Of a DNA stretch of 64,000 nt, positions 51,867 through 60,190 are shown piece after piece. How positions within the stretch are numbered: position 1 is the stretch's first letter; each line of letters starts with the position of its first letter. The position numbers were made by a program, and so were the translations under genes. Below the pieces are notes generated by a model. That model was not told where the DNA came from. It ran no database searches and saw only the letters and a program-made list of their open reading frames with translations. Source of the stretch: Methanobacteriota archaeon (lineage in GTDB: Archaea > Halobacteriota > Bog-38 > Methanoflorentales > Methanoflorentaceae); assembly GCA_963719035.1 (NCBI GenBank), contig CAVRAO010000002.1:480001-544000 (forward strand). Direction: 5' to 3'.

Positions 51867-52698
51867 ATCTGTCGAACCTAAATCTCACGGGACAGAAAGT
51901 GGATCAACAAAGAATGTTGTTATCATATTTTCTAAGGTTCCGGTGGCCGGGGCCGTAAAAACTCGCCTTATCAAAGACTCCATTTTAGGTGCAGAGGATG
52001 CTGCCTTACTCGCTGAGGCAATGTTGAAGGATACAATATTACTTTCCGCCGAAAGTAACGCGAGCGAAATCGTGATTGGATTGACCCCTGCAGACGAACG
52101 GGAATCCATGGAGCGGATTGTAAAGGAAGTCGTGAAGGAGAGACATTTGGAACGACCTATTACATTTCTCACCCAAAGCGGCACGAATTTTGATGAGCGA
52201 TTTGGATCCGTGGTCTCCGCAGCTTTTGCCATGGGCTCGGAAAATTTAGTAATTTTGGGCGAAGACCTCCCTTATTTACCCCCGGATATTATAAACCGCA
52301 CCTTCTCATTTCTCATGGAAGATAGGAGCAATAATTCCGTAGTTCTCGGTCCCGCTGGCGAGGGAGGCATTTATCTCGTGGGAATTACACGGCATTTCGA
52401 TCCGGAATATTTTTCAAAAAACAAGCTGTTTTCCGGGGGCGTAGAAATCTCTCAATTCATAAAACTTTGTAAAAATGAAGGAATGGTTCTAAAATTACTC
52501 CCCGCATTCAATGATGTCGATATTGAAGGAGATCTGGTCTCTCTCCTGCTTTATATTGATGCTATGAAAATCGCAAAGAAGTTCGAAGGGTTTTATTTCC
52601 CTAGTTACACCGCAGATGCAATAACCCAGCTCAGATTGATCGTCTTGGAGCATAGAGGAGAAACTAGACATCGAAGGATTGGCATAATGCGAGCGTGA
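51832..52698 (+). CDS. DUF2064 (CofC-like nucleotide-diphospho-sugar transferase fold) protein; start uncertain
   Basis: FSKVPVAGAVKTRL, QSGTNFDERF, GEDLP, VLGPAGEGGIYLVG, DVDIEGDL. Confidence 0.85.
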   Translation: MGEDSGLQLKRESVEPKSHGTESGSTKNVVIIFSKVPVAGAVKTRLIKDSILGAEDAALLAEAMLKDTILLSAESNASEIVIGLTPADERESMERIVKEVVKERHLERPITFLTQSGTNFDERFGSVVSAAFAMGSENLVILGEDLPYLPPDIINRTFSFLMEDRSNNSVVLGPAGEGGIYLVGITRHFDPEYFSKNKLFSGGVEISQFIKLCKNEGMVLKLLPAFNDVDIEGDLVSLLLYIDAMKIAKKFEGFYFPSYTADAITQLRLIVLEHRGETRHRRIGIMRA

Positions 52699-52730
52699 GC
52701 GGATTGTTAATTTCCGTTATCACCATAACT

Positions 52731-53129
52731 CTAAATGAGGGCACAATTCTTTCGATAACAATATAGAACGCCCGAGAAGTGTCCCAGACTCCAAAAGAGT
52801 GGGTTTGTCCAAGGTGTGCTTGCACGGTATTCCGACATGATCGAGCAGGCCGAGAAGTTTTCCGTCACCTTAGAGCTTACCATGAACTCTATGGCCTTTT
52901 CGTTAGGCGATATAACCACGAGGAGGGCTAGTGCTCCTTTATGAACGGTCTGATAGATTCGAGTGGGTAGTCCTGCAAGCCTAGAAAAGGTATGCGGCAG
53001 CCTGATCGTGGGATAGCTGTAACCTGTTTTTGCGCGGTGGAGCGAGATTTTGCTGTGGTGATTCTCCAGTAGCTCATCTTTCGATGGTGCAACGTTAGCA
53101 AAAAGATCTGGGCAGTTGTTCTGCAGCAA
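52731..53129 (-). CDS. Hypothetical protein with an AbrB-like N-terminal segment; start uncertain
   Basis: SKISLHRAKTGYSYPTIRLPHTF resembles the 57393 ORF. Confidence 0.5.
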   Translation of the reverse strand: MLQNNCPDLFANVAPSKDELLENHHSKISLHRAKTGYSYPTIRLPHTFSRLAGLPTRIYQTVHKGALALLVVISPNEKAIEFMVSSKVTENFSACSIMSEYRASTPWTNPLFWSLGHFSGVLYCYRKNCALI

Positions 53130-53375
53130 GCATAATACTGAAGGAAATCGGCGCTGATCGCTTAACCGTTGTGGGTAGCCGCCTGTGACTTAGCTATACC
53201 AACACTCCGATAATACAGAATCAAAACGCGACTTGTTTAACTGAAATTGCGTGCTGGTAGTTGTATAGGTCGCTGCTCATTAAAAGAGATTAATAAGCTA
53301 AGATAAAGATCGATTCGCACGCCACGCCCTTCCCGCCTTTCTCCTGAAAGTCAAAAAAACAGGGGCCCGGAGAGA

Positions 53376-55178
53376 CTATCTACCTCCGGCACCGCCACCG
53401 CCAAACCCTCCTCCACCGCCACCGCCAAAGCCGCCCCCGTGGCTGGGAGATGTGAAGGCAATGAGTGGGATAAAGGCGTGATTCATTCCAACAGCCCCGA
53501 CGGGAACGCCGACGTCCGCCACTCGGACATTGAGGGACTGCATAGCCTTCTCCACCTTTTCACCGACGCCGAGGGCCGTTCCGTAGATAAGCCAGTCGCC
53601 CCACATGGAAAGATCCGCAGGAGTGTATTTCTGGATCATGGCCATATCCGACAGGAAATGGGCGAATGCGTCCCACTCGAGTTTCTCCTTGTAGCGGTCA
53701 TCCTTCCAGCGCCCGAAGAGTGTTGAGGGGGCGGCGAACGCAATAGCGACCTGCACACACACGACGACCCAGATGACAAGTGCGGGGCCGGCGATATGCC
53801 TTACCGTCGGTGCGACTAGGAACGTGATGATAGCAATCCCAAGCAATGCAATGCCGACCGTCAAGGGCGGAATCAACCTGTGCCTGCCATTCACAACGTA
53901 CTGATTACCGAGAGCGGGGTCCACCTTCTTTGTGACGTTAGCAAGCGACCGCTGATACGCCATGGTGGTTTCCTCAGCTCTTCTGCTGTGCTTAGCCTTC
54001 TTCGCCAGCGCCTCGATACGATCGGTGTCGAGCACGCCGTTCTCTGAGACCTCGGCGATAAAGGCGAGAACCCGCTGCTCGTACGGATCAGACACCTGCT
54101 CAGAGAGGACCCGTATCTCGATTCCCTCGCCCTCTCCTTTCTCCTTTATGGCGATCACCTTCCTTCGGTGAAGGTCGAGTAGGGTGGCATAGTACCCCTC
54201 TTTATCGAAGCTGAGCGCATCCGCCTTGAAGAGCAGGTTCACCTGCCACGGCTTGAGCGTCGTGCTCGGCATCGTGCTCAGGTAGGCCGGCACCGTGAAC
54301 ACCTTCTCCCTGCCGTACCTGCTATAGATGATGATAAAGCTCAGTGGGACGAGGATAATCGCGATCGTCCCGAGAATTTCAACCAGGTTCGCGGCGTAGT
54401 AGGGAAGGGTGTTCGAGAACGCCGCGGCAGCGGTTTTTCCGCTTACGTCGTCTACCGGCGTCCGGAACCCGGGGAAACTGCTGAACCCCTCAGACGTCCC
54501 GAGCATCTCAACCGCAAGGATCTCATTTGCAGCAAGGCTGCCGGTGATGACGTAACCGTCTCCTACTTTCTCGGTGTGCAGTGAGGGGGGATAGGCATAC
54601 ACCTTGTCGATCCCCATGGCCGGAATCGTGATCTTCACGCTCCTGTACGGGATGTGCGTCTCGCCCGCAAGTTTCAGGTTGAGATGGGTGGTCGTTGCAT
54701 CCTGTTCGAGTGGCGGATGGATGACGTACGTGTACTGAGCCGTGTATGTCCCTGCGTTGTAGGATGACGGGTTAAAGATCCCCACCTCGTTGTACAGTGC
54801 GTTGTCCTTGATCCAGTTGCGGTATAACCCGGCGGTGGAAGGGCCATAAATCGTAACATTGCCGGAATTGTCCTTGATGTAACCAATGGTGCCGGGTGCG
54901 GGCGTCATAGATACCAGCCGGATATACGGTTGTGTGCTGTCGTTGAGTGTGAGCGGGGCCTCCCAGTAGCGATAGAGCATGCTATACTCCCAGCTGCTTC
55001 CTACGTTGTAGGTGTACTGTTCGGAGAGCGTCCCGTTCTCATACAGTACCGCCTCGTAGGAGCTTACGGTGAGGCTTCCAGCAAAAAGAGGGACAATTAC
55101 CGGGATAAGGACGAGGGCGATAAGCCCGATGGCGAGGCCTGCCCCCACCACCAGTCCCAGTTGTCGTGTTTCGCCCAC
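53376..55178 (-). CDS. DUF2207 family membrane protein
   Basis: RYGRE, ATLLDL, EWDAFAHFLSD, WGDWLIYGTALGV, Gly-rich GGGGAGGR end; adjacent to lemA. Confidence 0.9.
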   Translation of the reverse strand: MGETRQLGLVVGAGLAIGLIALVLIPVIVPLFAGSLTVSSYEAVLYENGTLSEQYTYNVGSSWEYSMLYRYWEAPLTLNDSTQPYIRLVSMTPAPGTIGYIKDNSGNVTIYGPSTAGLYRNWIKDNALYNEVGIFNPSSYNAGTYTAQYTYVIHPPLEQDATTTHLNLKLAGETHIPYRSVKITIPAMGIDKVYAYPPSLHTEKVGDGYVITGSLAANEILAVEMLGTSEGFSSFPGFRTPVDDVSGKTAAAAFSNTLPYYAANLVEILGTIAIILVPLSFIIIYSRYGREKVFTVPAYLSTMPSTTLKPWQVNLLFKADALSFDKEGYYATLLDLHRRKVIAIKEKGEGEGIEIRVLSEQVSDPYEQRVLAFIAEVSENGVLDTDRIEALAKKAKHSRRAEETTMAYQRSLANVTKKVDPALGNQYVVNGRHRLIPPLTVGIALLGIAIITFLVAPTVRHIAGPALVIWVVVCVQVAIAFAAPSTLFGRWKDDRYKEKLEWDAFAHFLSDMAMIQKYTPADLSMWGDWLIYGTALGVGEKVEKAMQSLNVRVADVGVPVGAVGMNHAFIPLIAFTSPSHGGGFGGGGGGGFGGGGAGGR

Positions 55179-55190
55179 AGGAATTACCCG

Positions 55191-55748
55191 TCAGAACTCG
55201 ATCTTCGGTGGAGTCTTGATCGCTTCCTCGAACTGGAGGTACTCGAGCTTGACGAGGTGCATCAGGTTTGCGATGAAGTTCGAGGGGATAGTGTCCGTCA
55301 TGGTGTTGAATTCCTGCGAGATGTTGTTGAAGGTGTAGCGCTGGCGTGCGATCTCATCCTCGAGTGTCTTGACCGAGTCCATCAGGCTGGTGACCGTGGT
55401 CGAGGTCTTGAGGTCAGGGTAGGCCTCTGCAACCGCAAGCAGCCGGCCGAAGATAGAACGGGACTCGGCATCGACCTTGTTAAGGTCACCGGTAGAGGCC
55501 GTGGCAACGCTTGCCCGCATTGCCGTAACCCGTTCAAGGGTCTCCTTCTCAAACTTCGCATAGCTCTTGACGGCTCCGAGAAGCTCGTCAATCATGTCGA
55601 GCCTCTTCTTCATAGCGACCCGGATCTGGCCAAGTGTGGCCTCGGAGGAGTTCTTCAGGCTGACGAACCGGTTGTAGATACTGACTGCCCAGAGGATCAG
55701 TACGACAACGACAAGGGCGATGACGCCCAGGACAATCCATTCGATCAT
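55191..55748 (-). CDS. lemA: LemA family protein
   Basis: IYNRFV, KRLDMI, YAKFEKETL, AVAEAYPDLK. Confidence 0.92.
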   Translation of the reverse strand: MIEWIVLGVIALVVVVLILWAVSIYNRFVSLKNSSEATLGQIRVAMKKRLDMIDELLGAVKSYAKFEKETLERVTAMRASVATASTGDLNKVDAESRSIFGRLLAVAEAYPDLKTSTTVTSLMDSVKTLEDEIARQRYTFNNISQEFNTMTDTIPSNFIANLMHLVKLEYLQFEEAIKTPPKIEF

Positions 55749-55812
55749 GATTCTCGCTGTAGTGAGGATCGTTCCATTAGATAAGATATAGTGTTGGCAG
55801 GCCGTTGCCTAC

Positions 55813-56421
55813 ATGAGGCGGAAGTCACAGGTTAGCAAGCTCACGATCAACAAAGACTTTGAGATCTTTTTAAAGAGAATTACGAATGACATAAAGACCA
55901 AAGAAATCATAAAAGAGTTATACGATCCAATATTAGACAGAGAAGAACTGATCATTCCTGGTTTAAGTACAAACCCGCCTCTCGCAATAAATCCTCTCCA
56001 AGCTTCTGTCACCTCAGAACTATCTGATCACTTAGTGACCCGTCAGCAGCAACCACAATTGCACACAAAAGAGACCGATGACACGTATACGCATACGGTT
56101 GTTACTTCCTTTACGCTCAAAGGGGTCAAATACGAAGTGAAGCGCTGGAGAGATGCGCTCACTAGCATTTGCGAGGTTATGCATGAAAAACATCGGGATC
56201 AGTTCTCACGAGTCTTAGAGTTAAAAGGACAGAAACATCACTGGTTTTCGACAAATCCAAGTGAACTCACTTTTCCAGATAGAATAGACGACTCAGCTTA
56301 TTATGTTCAAAATCATTGGGATGCTAATAGTATCGTGTCAATATCTAAAGCCATAATAGCCATATTTGGCTATTCAAAAGACGACCTTTTGTTTGACTTC
56401 AAGAAAAAGGCCGAGTTTTAA
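55813..56421 (+). CDS. Hypothetical protein with a SeqA-like/restriction-associated C-terminal domain
   Basis: SFTLKGVKYEVKRWRD...KGQKHHWFS...YYVQNHWDA...IFGY pattern (recalled resemblance, not searched). Confidence 0.55.
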   Translation: MRRKSQVSKLTINKDFEIFLKRITNDIKTKEIIKELYDPILDREELIIPGLSTNPPLAINPLQASVTSELSDHLVTRQQQPQLHTKETDDTYTHTVVTSFTLKGVKYEVKRWRDALTSICEVMHEKHRDQFSRVLELKGQKHHWFSTNPSELTFPDRIDDSAYYVQNHWDANSIVSISKAIIAIFGYSKDDLLFDFKKKAEF

Positions 56422-56576
56422 AAAAGCATTGCATAAGGGTAATTTTTCGACACTTTAAAGCCAGAAATTTAACGGTTTACACTAACAGCAATCAATTCTT
56501 TTCTGAGGCTATCTTTCGAATTTAACACTATTTAATATACCATAGTTATATCTAATTATGTGACGTGTAGTGGCTT

Positions 56577-56720
56577 ATGTCTGGAAAGACAACGATTGAA
56601 GTAGAGAAGTCGACTCGTGAGGCTTTGAAACTTCTGGGTAGAAAAGGAGAGACGTATAATCAGATCATTTTGCGGCTGATTGTGAAGGAACGCGACGAGA
56701 GGGAAATAAGAAATGACTGA
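56577..56720 (+). CDS. Small RHH/antitoxin-like protein
   Basis: MSGKTTIEVEKSTREALKLLGRKGETYNQIILRLI...; 47 aa, overlaps the next start. Confidence 0.7.
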   Translation: MSGKTTIEVEKSTREALKLLGRKGETYNQIILRLIVKERDEREIRND

Positions 56721-57366
56721 TCAAATCGCACCTCCGCCTCCCACTGATCGCGTGGTTGAATTTTTTCCCACCTATTATATAACGCTCATCAGTATCATCC
56801 AAGTGACTGCATTTGGATACCTGCTGCTTGTGGCAAAGGATCAATTGTCATCCATACTCTCAGGTACCTATGACCCCATCTGGACTATTCTAATCGTCGG
56901 TTTTTTCATTATGATAGCGGCAACGTGGATGAATTATACCCATTTCATAACGGTGTTGCGATTAAAGCCCACGTCTCTTGACGCGTTGATACCGTTTTGT
57001 TTTGGCGCAACCCAAGCTTTGGTCATCTTCTGTATTGGTCTGCAGCAGCTCGCGTGGTTTTACTTTGCAAATATTGCAAACGCAGTGGTAGCAATAACCC
57101 AGACCTACGCTACGGCGCGAGAAGCGAGGTTACACCAAGAGTACGAGGAGAATCGAGCGTATGTTGAAAAAATGGAGAGATTCGGGACATTCTCAATGCT
57201 CAGACGATGGTACGCCACGCGCTTGCTAATATTCATAGTCTTTGGGATTACAGAAGCACTGTTCAATCTGCATTCGTTGTTGCTTGCCATCGTTTATCTC
57301 GCATTATGTGTTATGTCGTTCGTTTTTGTTGGGCGCGGAGCTAAACAAATCGCGTCAACGTCGTAA
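56713..57366 (+). CDS. Hypothetical multi-pass membrane protein
   Basis: About six hydrophobic helices. Confidence 0.75.
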   Translation: MTDQIAPPPPTDRVVEFFPTYYITLISIIQVTAFGYLLLVAKDQLSSILSGTYDPIWTILIVGFFIMIAATWMNYTHFITVLRLKPTSLDALIPFCFGATQALVIFCIGLQQLAWFYFANIANAVVAITQTYATAREARLHQEYEENRAYVEKMERFGTFSMLRRWYATRLLIFIVFGITEALFNLHSLLLAIVYLALCVMSFVFVGRGAKQIASTS

Positions 57367-57392
57367 TAGACACACAGAGAAAAGGAGGAAAA

Positions 57393-57802
57393 ATGCAGCT
57401 CGTTGGAAAATCAAAGGTAACACGATTGAACGCTAAAACCGGGATAACGTATCCGCTTATCAGGTTGCCAAAAGCATATGCAAATGAAATCGGCAAAACT
57501 GCTGAGTTTTACGAGATAGAAAAGAACGACTCTCGTGGACTCCTTACTCTTTCCCGGAATTGATTGAATCGAAAAAAGTTATACAACCTGAGCCCGAAGT
57601 TATACAACCTGAACCTGAAGTTAGACAACTTGGTTGCCAAAAAGACATTGAACAACGTCTGGTTGAACTCGAATCAAAAATCAGTGAGCTAAAATTACTT
57701 CTTCTTTTAAATGAAGTCGTTAGCTTACACGAAAATCAAAAATCCAATGGGCTCGGCCGGATTCGGACCGGCGACCTCCGCCATGTCAAGGCGACGTCAT
57801 AA
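57393..57802 (+). pseudogene. Probably one frameshifted ORF (AbrB-like N-terminus plus coiled coil) running antisense into tRNA-Val
   Basis: AGGAGG RBS; 57393-57563 MQLVGKSKVTRLNAKTGITYPLIRLPK...; 57560-57802 ends GRIRTGDLRHVKATS*. Confidence 0.55.
57575..57630 (+). repeat. 21-bp tandem repeat (~2.7 copies)
   Basis: AAGTTATACAACCTGAGCCCG AAGTTATACAACCTGAACCTG AAGTTAGACAAC. Confidence 0.8.
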
Positions 57803-57821
57803 CCAGCTAGACCACGAGCCC
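57748..57821 (-). tRNA. tRNA-Val(GAC)
   Basis: GGGCTCG/CGAGCCC acceptor stem, TCGCC-TTGACAT-GGCGG anticodon arm, GCCGG-TCCGAAT-CCGGC T arm; CCA not encoded; TTATAA-type box about 25 bp upstream. Confidence 0.93.
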
Positions 57822-58140
57822 TGCAGCACGCTATTTGACCTATTTATAATAAATCTATTGTCAAGTGAGTTACGTTGATTATTGCGAGAGATCATGTAAT
57901 TTGTCAATGTTTATAGACGTTCTTCTAAACTGCTCGATCTGAAAGCGACCGCCAATCTAACCGTGAGCAACAGCCGTACGGTCCTTACCCACCTTTACTT
58001 GAAACGGGTGAAGCTTTTCCGTTAGCAACTGTGAAAAAAAACCAAAATGTATAAACGGTTGGTGCGCTGTGTATACAGAAGCTTATCAGTTTTTTGCTAC
58101 TCGAATACAAAAGGCAGCACGTACAGAAGGTTGATCAAAG

Positions 58141-59073
58141 ATGGAACCGATAGTTATCGAGCATTTATCGAAAAAGTACGGGAAGCTCCTCGCTGTAGAC
58201 GACCTCAGTTTGGTCGTTGAACGCGGCGTGTGCGTTGGATATTTAGGCCCTAATGGAGCTGGCAAAACGACCACCATCAAGATGCTGACAAACCTTCTCA
58301 GGGCCACGAGCGGCAAAGCGTATCTTAACGGTATTGATGTCATCCATCACCCGAAAGCGGCGCTTGACGGAGTTGGGGCAGTCGTCGAGACGCCCGAATT
58401 CTACCCGCAACTAACTCCCAAGGAGTGTATGTCATACGTTGGAACGATACGCGGCATGAATGCCGACGCAATTGCTGACCGCTCGCATACAGCCTTGCAG
58501 CAGGTAAAACTCCTTGACGTCGCTGAAAGACGCACGGGCACATTTTCAAAGGGAATGAAGCAGCGGTTAGCGATTGCCCAAGCGCTGATGCACCAACCAT
58601 CAATACTGATCCTCGACGAACCAACGGCCGGCCTCGACCCACGAGGTATGGTCGAAGTAAGAGAAATTATTAAGGGACTGATAAAAACAGATATCACTAT
58701 TTTGATGAGTTCACACCTGTTAAACGAGGTACAGGAGGTCTGCGACAAAGTAGCCATTGTCGATCGCGGCGTTCTGCTCACGTACGATTCGGTCAAAAAC
58801 CTTTCAGTAGGGCAAGACGTAACGGTAACGATCAACACGCTCGACCCGGTTACACCTCCCGAGTTCAAGGCGATCAAAGCGCTCAAGGACGTGAAGTCCG
58901 TCAAACGCACACAAACGCTCACGCTCAAGGTCAGCTTCGGTGGCGGACCCCAAGCGCAGTTCCGAGTCCTAAGGGGGATCATGAACACCGGCATCAAGGT
59001 CGTTTCATACATGCCGCAACGAGCGGCCATAGAAGATATATATCTGCAACTCGTGCCTGAGGGGGAGGCGTAA
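58141..59073 (+). CDS. ABC-2 type transporter ATP-binding protein
   Basis: GPNGAGKTT, FSKGMKQR, ILDEPTAGLDP, SSH. Confidence 0.95.
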   Translation: MEPIVIEHLSKKYGKLLAVDDLSLVVERGVCVGYLGPNGAGKTTTIKMLTNLLRATSGKAYLNGIDVIHHPKAALDGVGAVVETPEFYPQLTPKECMSYVGTIRGMNADAIADRSHTALQQVKLLDVAERRTGTFSKGMKQRLAIAQALMHQPSILILDEPTAGLDPRGMVEVREIIKGLIKTDITILMSSHLLNEVQEVCDKVAIVDRGVLLTYDSVKNLSVGQDVTVTINTLDPVTPPEFKAIKALKDVKSVKRTQTLTLKVSFGGGPQAQFRVLRGIMNTGIKVVSYMPQRAAIEDIYLQLVPEGEA

Positions 59074-59075
59074 AC

Positions 59076-59903
59076 ATGGCGCCAAGCAGCGTACGGCAAA
59101 TTGCCACTGTAACGAAATATGAGCTCTTAAAATACCTCCGCGGACGTCGGTTGCTCGCCATCGTCGTGCTTACTATCATAATTAGCGCGATTTTTCTCAT
59201 CGTCCCGCCCGCAATCGGTTCTGCATACACAAAAGACCCGAAAGAGTTTACTGTCAACATGCTTTCGTTTCTAAGCATCCTGGCAATCCTGAGTGCAACG
59301 TTCTTCGGCGCTGACGCGATTGTCTCCGAGTACGAATCGAAAACGGGGTACTTTTTGTTTCCCAATCCGATCAGGAAAACAGCTATATTTCTCGGCAAGT
59401 TTATCGCAAGCGTACTCGTGTCTGTCGGCGCGATTGGGCTTTACTACGCGATAGCAGTTGTTTCAGTCCTCGTGATTGACGGCAGCATTCCGACGAATAC
59501 GGGCCTTTCATTCATCTACTCGCTTGTTTACCTATTCGCCATCCTTGCGATCGCTTACCTGTTCAGTGCGATTATGCGCAGTTCGGTATATTCTCTCGTG
59601 CTGACGTTCTTTACCTTCTTTCTCATCTTGCCAATTGTCGATGCCGTTGGCTCGATCGCGAAGTTCAAGCCGTGGTTCTCCATCACCTTCGCAAGTGGGA
59701 TCTCGCAGTACATTTTCCAGAGCCCATACCCAACCGACAAGGTGTTCAATGCTACGGCCTTCGGTGGACCAAACGCCGGTGAGTCGATGTTTTCGCTTGT
59801 GCAGTACTATCCTGAGATACGATTGAGCTTCATCGTGATGGCAGTGTACTTTATAGTTGCATTCATACTGGCCATACTCATAGCCCGACGAAGGGAAATG
59901 TAA
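59076..59903 (+). CDS. ABC-2 type transporter permease
   Basis: Six TMs; DAIVSEYESKT...PIRK..IFLGKF. Confidence 0.9.
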   Translation: MAPSSVRQIATVTKYELLKYLRGRRLLAIVVLTIIISAIFLIVPPAIGSAYTKDPKEFTVNMLSFLSILAILSATFFGADAIVSEYESKTGYFLFPNPIRKTAIFLGKFIASVLVSVGAIGLYYAIAVVSVLVIDGSIPTNTGLSFIYSLVYLFAILAIAYLFSAIMRSSVYSLVLTFFTFFLILPIVDAVGSIAKFKPWFSITFASGISQYIFQSPYPTDKVFNATAFGGPNAGESMFSLVQYYPEIRLSFIVMAVYFIVAFILAILIARRREM

Positions 59904-59926
59904 ATAGACCATACGGAGGTAAGCGC

Positions 59927-60163
59927 GTGGCGAAGAAGTTTGTGGTACAGAAAAAAACAGGTATTGACGTCAAAGAATACCGATGTAAACCAAGAAACGC
60001 TATAGCCGCGGTCATAGGAGAAACAGACCTCGCAAATGGAGTGATCTTCAAGACTGACGACGACAAATTCGTGGTCGTTTCAGAAGGGGCAGCAGCAGTA
60101 TACGACACGTACGACGAACTGCCTGCAAGTGTGAAGCAACAAAAAACTGAATCAGAACTCTAA
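59927..60163 (+). CDS. Hypothetical protein
   Basis: GGAGGT RBS, GTG start, 78 aa. Confidence 0.65.
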   Translation: MAKKFVVQKKTGIDVKEYRCKPRNAIAAVIGETDLANGVIFKTDDDKFVVVSEGAAAVYDTYDELPASVKQQKTESEL

Positions 60164-60190
60164 ACGAATCAGCCCACGTTCGACCATTAG

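Noticed and set aside
28000-57750. CRISPR array or integron attC cassette array
   Set aside because: No regularly spaced repeats; each repeat family has only two clear copies, no convincing attC R-box pairs, and no cas or intI gene
58401-59099. 232-aa minus-strand ORF, and similar long shadow ORFs such as 54930-55784 and 25320-25880
   Set aside because: Antisense to well-supported genes and without motifs
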